Shown here piece after piece: positions 16,542 through 26,414 of a DNA stretch of 64,000 nucleotides. A model generated the notes under the pieces. That model saw nothing but the letters and a program-made list of their open reading frames with translations, was not told the DNA's origin and made no database searches. Made by a program: the position numbers and the translations under genes. The stretch lies in contig DASWWS010000001.1 in NCBI GenBank assembly GCA_036405895.1, positions 6,523 to 70,522 on the forward strand. Direction: 5' to 3'. This DNA is from Minisyncoccota bacterium (GTDB lineage Bacteria; Patescibacteriota; Minisyncoccia; Phycocordibacterales; UBA9973). How positions within the stretch are numbered: the stretch's first letter is position 1; the number at the start of each line of letters is the position of its first letter.

Positions 16542-19500
16542 ATGGAACAACAAGCAGAACAAACAAAGAGCGAGCGCGCACTTTCTGAAGAGAGGGTATT
16601 GGCATTTTGGCGTGAGAACAACATTTTTGAAAAGACCCTCTCCAAGGATTCTCCAAAAGGCGAGTTTGTTTTCTTCGAAGGTCCGCCAACTGCAAATGCA
16701 AAGCCCGCACTTCACCATCTCGAAGCGCGCGCATTCAAAGACGTAATCCCGCGCTACAAAACAATGCAGGGCTACCATGTGCCGCGCCGCGCTGGATGGG
16801 ACACGCATGGGCTTCCAGTAGAGCTTCAGATAGAAAAGAAGCTTGGTTTCACTTCAAAGAAAGATATTGAAAACTTTGGCATTGCAGAGTTCAACAAAGA
16901 GTGCAAAGACAGCGTATTTACCTATATCAAAGACTGGGAAGAGTTTACCGACCGCATCGGGTACTGGGTTGATAAAAAGAGTGCGTACTACACCTTCAAC
17001 AATTCATACATTGAGTCGCTATGGAATATTGTCGGCACTGTGGAACAAAAAGGACTGTTGTACAAGGACTACAAAATCATTCCGTGGTGCGCGCGCTGCG
17101 GTACTTCTTTGGCGTCGCACGAACTCGCGCAGGGGTATTTGGACGTGAAGGACTTAAGTGTGTACGCAAAGTTTAAAGTAAGGGGTGAAGAGAATACGTT
17201 TATTCTTGCATGGACTACTACACCATGGACGCTTCCGGGCAATGTCGCGCTTGCGGTAGGGAATGATATTGAGTACGTGTTTGCGCAGTACAACAATGAA
17301 ATAGTGATTCTTGCAAAAGAACGCCTCAGTCTTTTGGAAGGGGAATACGTAATAGTAAAAGAAGTAAAAGGTACTGACCTTGTGGGGCTTGAATACGAAG
17401 CACTGTATCCATACCTTTCAGAATTGATAGATGGTCCTGAAAAAGAAAAAATGCAGAATGCTTACAAAGTGTATGCGGCTGATTTTGTGACCACAACCGA
17501 TGGTACCGGCATCGTGCACACGGCAGTCATGTACGGAGCAGACGACTTTGAATTGGGCACAAAAGTAGGCTTGCCAAAATTCCATACTGTTGGCGTGGAT
17601 GGAAAATTTATTAAAGGAACAGGCTCGTTTGAAGGGCGCTTTGTAAAAGACGAAGATGTTGCCATTGATGTTATTAAGGACCTCGCCCATAGAGGGTTGT
17701 TGTTCAAAAAAGAAAAGTACGAACACTCCTACCCGCACTGCTGGCGCTGCAAGACCGCGCTTATCTACTACGCACGGGACTCATGGTATATCGGCATGGA
17801 ATCTCTGCGTGAAGAGCTTGTCGCACAAAACGAAAACATCAACTGGGAACCGTCGCATATTAAAGAGGGGCGCTTTGGCGAATGGCTTCGCAATATCAAA
17901 GACTGGGCAATTTCTCGCGAACGATACTGGGGTACGCCGCTTCCGGTATGGGTAGCCGAGGATAACCAGAGAATCGTTGTCGACTCTGTTGAAACACTCA
18001 AGACTTTGTCTAAAAAGTCAGACAACAAGTATTTGGTAATGCGCCATGGACAGACTGAACACAATGTTAAGGGGCTTTGGAATTATGGAAATCAAGATGG
18101 CGACCCGCTTACGCAGATAGGGGTACAGCAAGTAGCTGATGCCGTAAAAGGATTAAATGGTGCAAAAATCGATATGATTATTGCGTCACCCTTTTTGCGC
18201 ACGCTTGAAACAGCGCAAGAAGTGGCGCGTGCCCTCGGTATGCCCACTGATTCAATCGTCACCGATCCTCGCCTTGCGGAGTGGAAAGTGGGAGGCGACT
18301 ATGACGGAAAGCCGCTCAATGATTTTTTCACTGTCCGCAATAAAAGCGAGGATAGGTACAACTTCAGAGCAGAGGGAGGGGAGTCGTATATAGAAGTCGT
18401 TGAGCGCGCGGGAGATTTTATCTACTCTCTTGAAAAGGAGTATGCAAATAAAACTATTCTCATCATCTCTCATGGCGCTGTGACACGCGCAATCGAATTG
18501 CACGCACGAGGCATCTCATTTGATAAGCTTTTTGAGACCACGCGCGACTATGTGAACTTTGCCAATGCAGAAATCCGCCACATCGACTTTGTTCCGCTTC
18601 CGCACAACGAGCGCTATGAGCTTGATTTGCACCGGCCGTATATCGACGACGTCGTCTTGGTACGTGACGGAAAAGAATACCGCCGCATCAAAGAGGTGAT
18701 GGATGTATGGTTTGATTCGGGTGCGATGCCTTTTGCTTCATCCGCCAAAATTTCTGAAGGAAATTTAGGCGGACAAGCATCACTCGGAGATAGATTTAAA
18801 AATATCGATTTTCCAGCAGACTTTATTTCAGAAGCGATTGATCAGACCCGTGGGTGGTTTTACACGCTTCATGCGATAGGTGTATTGATGGGGCGGGGGA
18901 ATGCGTATAAAAACGTCATTTGCTTGGGACACCTCTTGGACGCAAGCGGAAAGAAGATGTCGAAATCAATCGGCAACATTGTCGACCCGTGGGAGCAGAT
19001 GGCAAAGTACGGCGTGGACACGCTCAGGCTTTGGATGTACTCCGTCAACCAGCCAGGGGACTCAAAAAACTATGATGAGAAAACAGTAGTCGAGCTTCAG
19101 CGCCAAGTGTTTGGGCTCTTGTATAACGTGCTTTCATTTTATGAACTCTACCGCGACAGCGCAATTGAAAGTGAGGAGAGCGTGAGCAGTAATGTGCTTG
19201 ATGCATGGATACTGGCGCGCCTTAATCAGTTCATCACGCTTACAACAGAAAGTCTGGATGCGTACAAAACATTCGAACCGGTTCGCGCGCTTCGCGACTT
19301 TATGGACGACCTTAGTACGTGGTACCTTCGCCGAAGTCGCGACCGCATCAAAGACGGTGAGAAAGAGGCAAAAAGAACGCTCTATGTTGTATTGAAAACA
19401 CTGACAAAAGTAATCGCACCATTCGCACCATTTGCAGCAGAAGACATTTGGCAGAAGTTAAAGAAAGAATCAGATGAGGAGAGTATTCATCTTTCACAGT

Positions 19501-19964
19501 GGCCTACGGCCGGCACTATCGATACAGAAGTATTGGGGCAGATGGAAACAACTCGCGCATTGTGTGCAACAGGAAATGCGCTTCGCAAAAAAGCGATGAT
19601 ACCTGTACGCCAGCCGCTTTTGGCATTGCGTGTAAAAAACCTTTCGCTCGAACAGGTCTATCTGCAAATCATTATGGATGAGCTCAATGTGAAAGGAATC
19701 GTTGAAGACCCAGAACTTGCAGGGGAGTCCGAGCTTGATGTGACGATGACCGAAGAGTTGAAACTCGAAGGCGCATATCGCGAGCTTGTTCGCACCGTAC
19801 AAGACCTTCGCAAGGAAAAAAATCTTTTGCCCAACGATGTAATCACTCTTGCTCTCCCGATTCAATACAAAGAAATTGTTGAAGCGTTTGGAGAGGAGCT
19901 GAAAAAAACGGTAGGAGCAAAAGAACTGAGTATCTCGAACGATGAAATGATAAGCTTGCAGTAG
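16542..19964 (+). CDS. ileS: Isoleucyl-tRNA synthetase (ileS2/eukaryote-like type without C-terminal Zn finger) carrying an internal histidine-phosphatase domain insertion
   Basis: Class I core, CP1 editing region, DLHRPYIDDV and KMSKSIGN motifs. About 190 extra residues at 18030-18600 (see findings). 1141 aa. Confidence 0.9.
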   Translation: MEQQAEQTKSERALSEERVLAFWRENNIFEKTLSKDSPKGEFVFFEGPPTANAKPALHHLEARAFKDVIPRYKTMQGYHVPRRAGWDTHGLPVELQIEKKLGFTSKKDIENFGIAEFNKECKDSVFTYIKDWEEFTDRIGYWVDKKSAYYTFNNSYIESLWNIVGTVEQKGLLYKDYKIIPWCARCGTSLASHELAQGYLDVKDLSVYAKFKVRGEENTFILAWTTTPWTLPGNVALAVGNDIEYVFAQYNNEIVILAKERLSLLEGEYVIVKEVKGTDLVGLEYEALYPYLSELIDGPEKEKMQNAYKVYAADFVTTTDGTGIVHTAVMYGADDFELGTKVGLPKFHTVGVDGKFIKGTGSFEGRFVKDEDVAIDVIKDLAHRGLLFKKEKYEHSYPHCWRCKTALIYYARDSWYIGMESLREELVAQNENINWEPSHIKEGRFGEWLRNIKDWAISRERYWGTPLPVWVAEDNQRIVVDSVETLKTLSKKSDNKYLVMRHGQTEHNVKGLWNYGNQDGDPLTQIGVQQVADAVKGLNGAKIDMIIASPFLRTLETAQEVARALGMPTDSIVTDPRLAEWKVGGDYDGKPLNDFFTVRNKSEDRYNFRAEGGESYIEVVERAGDFIYSLEKEYANKTILIISHGAVTRAIELHARGISFDKLFETTRDYVNFANAEIRHIDFVPLPHNERYELDLHRPYIDDVVLVRDGKEYRRIKEVMDVWFDSGAMPFASSAKISEGNLGGQASLGDRFKNIDFPADFISEAIDQTRGWFYTLHAIGVLMGRGNAYKNVICLGHLLDASGKKMSKSIGNIVDPWEQMAKYGVDTLRLWMYSVNQPGDSKNYDEKTVVELQRQVFGLLYNVLSFYELYRDSAIESEESVSSNVLDAWILARLNQFITLTTESLDAYKTFEPVRALRDFMDDLSTWYLRRSRDRIKDGEKEAKRTLYVVLKTLTKVIAPFAPFAAEDIWQKLKKESDEESIHLSQWPTAGTIDTEVLGQMETTRALCATGNALRKKAMIPVRQPLLALRVKNLSLEQVYLQIIMDELNVKGIVEDPELAGESELDVTMTEELKLEGAYRELVRTVQDLRKEKNLLPNDVITLALPIQYKEIVEAFGEELKKTVGAKELSISNDEMISLQ

Positions 19965-19965
19965 C

Positions 19966-20541
19966 ATGCACACCATTCACCACACCGAAGCGATTGTACT
20001 TAAGAGCACTGTTCACGGCGAAGCGAACAAGCGCCTATGGCTCTTTACGCGCGAATTCGGCTTGGTGGTTGCGGCGATGCAGGGGGTTCGAAAGCCCGGT
20101 GCCAAGCTTGCCTCGCACTCGAGCGACTACTCAATCATCCGCGCAGACCTGGTAAAGGGGCGCGAGGTATGGCGGCTGATTAGTGCCAAGGTTGTACAAA
20201 GCCCTCTTGAAGGCCGCATGCGCGAATCACTAGCGCGCGCCTATGTGCGCACGCTCTCAGCGCTCGCTCGGTTTTTGGTTGACGAGGGAGTACACGAGGA
20301 ATTGTACGAGCATGTAGTGGTGTGCGCGGCGATGCTTGAAGAAGGTGGGTACGATGCAAAGGTGTTTGATGCACTGTCGTTGTGGCGAGTGCTTGCGCAT
20401 TTGGGATACATTGCCGTAGACGAGCGCGATGAGGCATTGTTTACGCTCCCGCTTCGCGAAGCCTATGCTGCTACAACAGCGCCCCAGCATGCTCGACTGA
20501 TGGAAAGTGTGAAAAGCGCAATCGAGCAAAGCCATTTGTAG
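19966..20541 (+). CDS. recO: DNA repair protein RecO-like (short form)
   Basis: N-terminal OB-fold pattern (EAIVLKSTVHGEANKRLWLFTREFG). Translationally coupled to ileS. Confidence 0.45.
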   Translation: MHTIHHTEAIVLKSTVHGEANKRLWLFTREFGLVVAAMQGVRKPGAKLASHSSDYSIIRADLVKGREVWRLISAKVVQSPLEGRMRESLARAYVRTLSALARFLVDEGVHEELYEHVVVCAAMLEEGGYDAKVFDALSLWRVLAHLGYIAVDERDEALFTLPLREAYAATTAPQHARLMESVKSAIEQSHL

Positions 20542-20559
20542 TGTTATACTGTAGGCACT

Positions 20560-22446
20560 ATGTCCGACCAAATTGATCATATTGCCGAATTGCAAAAGCG
20601 CCTCTATGCGCGTGATCCTGAAAGCGTTCCAAAACGAAAGTTCGGTATCTTGCGCCCATTGAAGCATAATGTTGCGTCTACCTGGGGAGACACCGAGCTT
20701 GAGCACGACAAGCCTATCAAGCGCACCAGCGTTTCTGGCTACAAGCGATTTTTTATATTCTCATTTTTCTTTTTTCTTGTAGCATTTGCAGCGCTCGCGT
20801 TTTCTGTGTATCGCGGGGCGTTGACCCTTTCTGCAAAAAACGTTGACCTCAACGTGCTGGGCAGTTCTTTTGTCGCAGGCGGAGAAGAGCTCCCCATACA
20901 GGTAGAAATTGTAAACAAAAACTCAAGCGATCTGGTGAACGCAACGCTTACCCTTGATTATCCAAAAGGTGCGACAGATGTGGGAGGAAGCGATGTTGTT
21001 CGCATTCAAAAAGTATTGGGAACAATCGGAAGCGGAAAAACAAAGAGCGAAGAATTTTCTGTTGTCTTGTATGGCGAACAGGGGACAGACCGCACTATCA
21101 CCGCAAAGCTCTCCTACACGCTTGCAGGATCAAGCTCTACGTTTCAAAAGGAAAAAGTGTTTTCTGTAAAAATAAGTTCAAGCCCGCTCGCACTCACGCT
21201 TGATGCGCCGGTAGCGCTTGCCTCCAACCAGCCGTTTACCCTCACGCTCCGCAACCTCTTCACTGGAGACAATCTTCTTTCAAATGTATTGGCGCGCGTC
21301 GAATATCCAAACGGTTACGTGTACCAGTCTTCGACCCCGGCTCCTATTTCTGGAAACAATGTATGGGCATTGGGGGATTTGCAAAAAGGCGCTGAGCAAA
21401 CGATTCAAATCAAAGGGAAACTGATTGGGGAAGAGGGAGATGAAAAAGCGTTTCGCGTGTATGTCGGTACGCCCGAGAGCATTTCCGACAGTCGCATTGC
21501 CGTTGTTTATAATTCCGCGCTTCATACGCTTACGCTCTCAGAGCCGTTTATTGCAAGTGAGCTTTTCGTTAACGGCGAGGGAACCGATATTGTTGCCGTG
21601 CCGATCGGCGGCTCGGTCAATGGTACTGTTTCTTGGACCAATACTTCCGGCGAGCGCATCGCGGACCCGACGTTTACGCTCGCCCTCAATGGCGAGAGCA
21701 TTGATGCAAGCTCTATCCGTGCTGATAGCGGATATTTTGACCCGCTGACTCGAACCCTTACATGGAACGCACAGTCCAATGCCGTATTGAGCGTGCTTGA
21801 GCCGGGGCAGACAGGGCAGCTTTCATTTAGCTTCAACACGCTTTCATCTCGAGCGGTCAATGACGCAACGCTTGCGCTTTCAATCAAGGGAACCTTCCCG
21901 GATCGCGGCTATAGTGAACAGAGCATTGCAAATATCGATGAGGCCACCGTGCGCTACGCGTCGCACTTGCAATTTGCCGCTCAATCATTTTATTCAGTCG
22001 GCCTTATTAAAAATACCGGACCATTTCCTCCAAAGGCAAACGAAGAAACAACGTATACTATTACGTGGACTGCGCGCCCAAGCGAAAATGCACTCTCTTC
22101 ATACCGTGCATCGGCGGTGCTTCCGATCAATGTTGTATGGAGTGGTGTGGTGAGCCCGCAGGCGGAGCCGATAGTCTACAATCCGGAAACCCGCACCGTT
22201 TCCTGGGATGTGGGAGTGGTTCCTCGAGCAACAAGCACTCCGCAGTCGCGCGCCGTATCATTCCAGGTAAAGGTTCGCCCGACGAGTGCCCAGGTAGGCC
22301 TTGAGCTGCCGCTCTTGGAGCCGACGGTAGTTACTGCAACCGATACTGTGGCAAACGTGCCGTTGACTCGAACCTTGCCGGACCTTTCTACTCGCCTCGA
22401 CAGCGACCCGGCCTATAGCCCAGGGAAGGAGAAAGTGCTACCATAA
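20560..22446 (+). CDS. Hypothetical membrane-anchored extracellular protein with repeated beta-rich (Ig/DUF11-like) domains
   Basis: Single N-terminal TM helix (FFIFSFFFFLVAFAALAF), then about 550 aa of Thr/Ser/Val-rich repeats. Confidence 0.45.
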   Translation: MSDQIDHIAELQKRLYARDPESVPKRKFGILRPLKHNVASTWGDTELEHDKPIKRTSVSGYKRFFIFSFFFFLVAFAALAFSVYRGALTLSAKNVDLNVLGSSFVAGGEELPIQVEIVNKNSSDLVNATLTLDYPKGATDVGGSDVVRIQKVLGTIGSGKTKSEEFSVVLYGEQGTDRTITAKLSYTLAGSSSTFQKEKVFSVKISSSPLALTLDAPVALASNQPFTLTLRNLFTGDNLLSNVLARVEYPNGYVYQSSTPAPISGNNVWALGDLQKGAEQTIQIKGKLIGEEGDEKAFRVYVGTPESISDSRIAVVYNSALHTLTLSEPFIASELFVNGEGTDIVAVPIGGSVNGTVSWTNTSGERIADPTFTLALNGESIDASSIRADSGYFDPLTRTLTWNAQSNAVLSVLEPGQTGQLSFSFNTLSSRAVNDATLALSIKGTFPDRGYSEQSIANIDEATVRYASHLQFAAQSFYSVGLIKNTGPFPPKANEETTYTITWTARPSENALSSYRASAVLPINVVWSGVVSPQAEPIVYNPETRTVSWDVGVVPRATSTPQSRAVSFQVKVRPTSAQVGLELPLLEPTVVTATDTVANVPLTRTLPDLSTRLDSDPAYSPGKEKVLP

Positions 22447-22452
22447 GCAATC

Positions 22453-23775
22453 ATGAACGAAACCACGATGGAACAACTTATCAGCCTCTGCAAGCGACGC
22501 GGCTTTATATTCCAAGGCTCTGAAATCTACGGCGGCCTCGCGGGTACGTGGGACTATGGTCCTTTGGGAATAGAGCTCAAGCGCAATATTCAAACCCTGT
22601 GGTGGAATATGTTTATCCAGGGGCGCGAAGACATGTACGGTGTGGACGCCGCTATTTTAATGAATCAAAACGTATGGAAGGCATCAGGGCATGTAGGCGG
22701 TTTTTCTGATCCGCTTGTCGAATGTACAAAGTGCAAGCGAAGATTCCGTGCAGACCATCTGGAAGACACAACTGCGTGTCCGGAATGTGCTGGCGCTCTC
22801 GGGGAAGCGCGCCAATTCAATATGATGTTCAAAACTTCTGTCGGTGCGATTGAAAGCGAAGACAGCACTTCCTATTTACGACCTGAAACTGCACAGGGAA
22901 TGTTCGTAAACTTTAAAAATGTTGTCGACAGCATGCGGCCCAAGCTTCCGTTTGGTCTCGGGCAGATAGGGAAGGCGTTTCGAAATGAAATTGCGCCGCG
23001 CGACTTTATTTTCCGCTCACGAGAATTCGAGCAGATGGAAATCGAGTATTTTGTAGAAGAAAAAGACTGGGAGAAAAAGTTTTCAGAATGGATAGAAGCG
23101 ATGTATGCGTGGATGGCTGCTGTGGGTATTCCAAAAGAAAGCGTGCACGAGCTTGAAGTTGAGCCGGGTGACCTCGCGCACTATTCAAAGCGCACGATGG
23201 ACTTTGAATTTGATTTCCCGTTTGGACGCAAAGAGCTCTACGGTCTTGCATACCGCACCAACTTTGACCTCAACAATCATGCAGAAGCAAGCAAGACGCC
23301 ATTGTATGTGGTGGAAGATGAGTCTGGAGAAAAAATAGTACCGCACTGCATCGAGCCGACATTCGGCGTGGATCGTACTGTTCTTGCAGTGCTTGCAAGT
23401 GCATATACAGAGGTTGGAGAGGGAGACGACAAACATGTTGTGTTGAAGCTAAAGCCGTCTCTCGCACCATATAAAGCATGTGTTTCTCCACTTCTCAAAA
23501 ATAAGCCGGAGCTTGTAGAGAAAGCACGCGAAGTGTTTGTGAAATTGAAAAAAGAATTTGGTGCAATTGCATGGGACGACAACGGCAACATCGGCAAGCG
23601 CTATCGCCGAGCGGATGAAATCGGTACACCGTACTGCATTGTCATCGACTTTGATACGCTCGGAGAAAACGCAGACCTCCTTGATACAGTGACAGTCCGT
23701 GACCGCGACAGCGGAGAACAGACGCGAAAAAACATTTCCGATCTCGCTGACTTCTTGAAAGAAAAGCTCGCGTAA
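22453..23775 (+). CDS. glyQS: Glycyl-tRNA synthetase (alpha2 homodimeric type)
   Basis: RRGFIFQGSEIYGGLAGTWDYGPLG and class II motifs. 440 aa. Confidence 0.85.
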   Translation: MNETTMEQLISLCKRRGFIFQGSEIYGGLAGTWDYGPLGIELKRNIQTLWWNMFIQGREDMYGVDAAILMNQNVWKASGHVGGFSDPLVECTKCKRRFRADHLEDTTACPECAGALGEARQFNMMFKTSVGAIESEDSTSYLRPETAQGMFVNFKNVVDSMRPKLPFGLGQIGKAFRNEIAPRDFIFRSREFEQMEIEYFVEEKDWEKKFSEWIEAMYAWMAAVGIPKESVHELEVEPGDLAHYSKRTMDFEFDFPFGRKELYGLAYRTNFDLNNHAEASKTPLYVVEDESGEKIVPHCIEPTFGVDRTVLAVLASAYTEVGEGDDKHVVLKLKPSLAPYKACVSPLLKNKPELVEKAREVFVKLKKEFGAIAWDDNGNIGKRYRRADEIGTPYCIVIDFDTLGENADLLDTVTVRDRDSGEQTRKNISDLADFLKEKLA

Positions 23776-23781
23776 TAAAAA

Positions 23782-23806
23782 ATCCCCCGCTGTAGAGTGG
23801 GGGATT
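23782..23806 (+). terminator. Rho-independent terminator after glyQS
   Basis: ATCCCCC-gctgtagagt-GGGGGAT followed by TTTT. Confidence 0.6.
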
Positions 23807-24029
23807 TTACTTTGTTATTTCTCGGTTACTGTAGGGTGCTTAGGGGTTAAAAAGATGATTAGATCTGCAAAATGCTTTCCAATTTGTCCCATTACCATTA
23901 CAAAAAACGGAAGTCCTACAAAAAGTATTAATAATATCGCTCTCATAATCCTTTTCTTTTTACCATAGCACTTTGGGCTTTTATTTGGCAAGAGTTGTGT
24001 ATTTGCTCGAGAAAGAGTTTAATGGGGGC

Positions 24030-25301
24030 ATGAAGATTGTGAATAAAACGCTCTCAAGCGGCCTGCGGGTCGTTTTGGTCCCGCAAAAAGATGCAGTGAC
24101 CGCGACTATGCTCACCTTGGTAGGGGTCGGCTCCAACAAAGAAACCAAGCGCCAAAACGGCCTCTCGCACTTTCTTGAGCACGTATGCTTTAAGGGGACA
24201 CTCAAGCGCCCAAGCGCAAAGCAAATCAACGAAGAGTTTGAGCAAATTGGTGCAATCACCAACGCGTTCACTTCGGACGAATACACCGGCTACTATGCCA
24301 AGGGCCACCCGCGGCATATTGAGAAGCTTGTTGAGATGGTAGGGGATGTTGTTATCAATGCCACTATTCCGGATGTTGAGGTCGCAAAGGAAAAAGGAGT
24401 AATCATTGAAGAACTCAATATGTACGAGGACATGCCGCAGGCAAAGGTCATGGAGACCCTCTCCGCTCTTCTCTATGGCGACACCCCTGCAGGGCGCTCA
24501 ATCGGGGGGACTAAAGAAACGGTTCGGTCGTTTACTCGCGCTGATATAGTACGGTATAAGAGTACTCACTACACTACAGAAAATACCGTAGTGGCAGTAG
24601 TGGGAGCATTTGATGAAAAAACGGTGATGAGCGCAATCAAAAAAACCTTTGCTGCATTTCCAAAAGGAGAGAAGGGTGCGTACCCAAAAGTTTCTGCAAG
24701 CACTCGCACCGAAACTGTTTCTGCAATCGCAAAACCTATCGACCAAACCCACATTGCAATTGGTTTTCCCACGGTGCCACTTGGGCACAAGGACGGACCG
24801 GCATTGTCGCTTCTTGCAACAATCCTCGGCGGGGGAATGAGCTCACAGCTCTTTCATATGCTCCGCGAAGAGCTTGGCGTTGCGTACTATGTGCGCGCAG
24901 AGCAAGACCCGCACAGCACTCATGGCGAGTTTACTATTACTGCAGGCATAGATACAAAGCGGGTTGCTGAAGTCCTTATTGCGATTATTCGTGTGCTGAA
25001 AGAGCGAAAAACTGCACTCGTTCCTGCTACCGAACTTTCAAAAGCACGGGAATACAATATCGGCATGCTTGGCATGGGGCTTGAAGCAACCGATATGGTG
25101 GCAGGGTTCTATGCGAGTCAGCTTTTGCTGACAGGTAAAATCCGCACTCCGGAGATGGTGGCAAAAGAATACATGAAAGTGACCCCTGAAGATATTGCGC
25201 GAGTTGCGAAAGGTATTTTCACCGCAAAGCGAGCCCGCCTTTCAATTGTGGGGCCGACTATTGCCACCGATGAGTTTGAGGCTCTTTTGAAGGACTTGTA
25301 A
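24030..25301 (+). CDS. M16-family zinc peptidase (insulinase-like)
   Basis: Inverted zinc motif HFLEHVCFKGT (HxxEH). Paired M16 N/C domain lengths. Start set at MKIVNKT, but the ORF is open from 23973. Confidence 0.75.
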   Translation: MKIVNKTLSSGLRVVLVPQKDAVTATMLTLVGVGSNKETKRQNGLSHFLEHVCFKGTLKRPSAKQINEEFEQIGAITNAFTSDEYTGYYAKGHPRHIEKLVEMVGDVVINATIPDVEVAKEKGVIIEELNMYEDMPQAKVMETLSALLYGDTPAGRSIGGTKETVRSFTRADIVRYKSTHYTTENTVVAVVGAFDEKTVMSAIKKTFAAFPKGEKGAYPKVSASTRTETVSAIAKPIDQTHIAIGFPTVPLGHKDGPALSLLATILGGGMSSQLFHMLREELGVAYYVRAEQDPHSTHGEFTITAGIDTKRVAEVLIAIIRVLKERKTALVPATELSKAREYNIGMLGMGLEATDMVAGFYASQLLLTGKIRTPEMVAKEYMKVTPEDIARVAKGIFTAKRARLSIVGPTIATDEFEALLKDL

Positions 25302-25303
25302 GC

Positions 25304-26404
25304 TTGTGGGTGCCTGCGCGCAATGGTACCATTGAACTAATGCCTGAGCCTCGGACGATCCGTATCACCACTGACACCATGCTTCGCGCCATTTTGATGG
25401 TAATAGGGGTGTGGGTACTCTATATGCTCCGCGAGACGCTTTTGCTGGTGCTCGTTTCTATTGTTATTGCTTCATTTGTCGAAGCGGGGGTGCGCATGCT
25501 CGCTCGCTACAAAATGCACCGCACCCTTTCAGTGCCGCTTATTTTTGCCTTTGTTATTCTGTTTATCTCCGCTATTTTCTATACATTTGTTCCGATCGTC
25601 TTCCGCGAACTCTCCGGCATGATTGGCATGCTCATTGGTTATATCCCGGACGCTTCAAGCATCAACAGTCAGTCCATTGAAGGAGCAACGCAATTTGTTA
25701 ATACCCTTACCGAGAAGTCTTCGACATCAGAATTCCTCGTCAGCGTCAAAAATGCAAGCGCAATGCTTTCGCAAGGAGCAACAAGTGTCATCGGCTCAAC
25801 CTTTGGCGGCATCCTCAATATCATTTTGGTGATTGTCATGTCGTTCTATCTTTCTATTCAGGAAAAAGGTATCGACAACTTCCTTCGCATCCTCACTCCA
25901 GCAAAACACGAAGCATACGTGATTGGGCTTTGGACCCGTACTCAGCGCAAAATCGGCATTTGGTTCAAAGGACAGCTCTTGCTCGGTCTTGTTATCGGTG
26001 CGATTACCATTGTTGTTCTTGCGCTTCTGGGTGTGCAGTACGCATTCATCATCGGTCTTGTCAGCGGTATTGCTGAGCTGGTGCCGTTTGGTATTATCTT
26101 TGCTGCAATTCCTGCAATCCTCTTTGCTGTCATCGACGGAGGAGTGGTGCTGGGAGTGAAGGTGATGATTTTCTTTATTGTCGTTCAGCAAATCGAAAAC
26201 TACGTCCTTGCGCCGGTGATTGCGCGCCGCATGGTGGGCATTCCGCCGCTTGTGGTCCTCTTGGCATTTATTATGGGTATTACGCTTGCAGGATTTTGGG
26301 GTGCGATCATCGCCATTCCGGTTGCAGTGTTTGTCCTTGAATACTTAAGCGACATCGAAAAGCAAAAACTCGCTCCTATTGTCATCAACCCTGAAACCCA
26401 GTAG
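25304..26404 (+). CDS. AI-2E family transporter (PerM/YdiK-like, UPF0118)
   Basis: About 8 TM helices with a long loop and conserved C-terminal helices (ELVPFGIIFAAIPAILFA...VQQIENYVLAP). Confidence 0.65.
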   Translation: MWVPARNGTIELMPEPRTIRITTDTMLRAILMVIGVWVLYMLRETLLLVLVSIVIASFVEAGVRMLARYKMHRTLSVPLIFAFVILFISAIFYTFVPIVFRELSGMIGMLIGYIPDASSINSQSIEGATQFVNTLTEKSSTSEFLVSVKNASAMLSQGATSVIGSTFGGILNIILVIVMSFYLSIQEKGIDNFLRILTPAKHEAYVIGLWTRTQRKIGIWFKGQLLLGLVIGAITIVVLALLGVQYAFIIGLVSGIAELVPFGIIFAAIPAILFAVIDGGVVLGVKVMIFFIVVQQIENYVLAPVIARRMVGIPPLVVLLAFIMGITLAGFWGAIIAIPVAVFVLEYLSDIEKQKLAPIVINPETQ

Positions 26405-26414
26405 TGTATAGCGT

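Noticed and set aside
21218-21887. Several 60-120-aa ORFs in alternative frames inside the 628-aa surface-protein gene
   Set aside because: All are contained within a long continuous ORF with consistent codon periodicity. Arg/Ser/Pro-rich artefacts.
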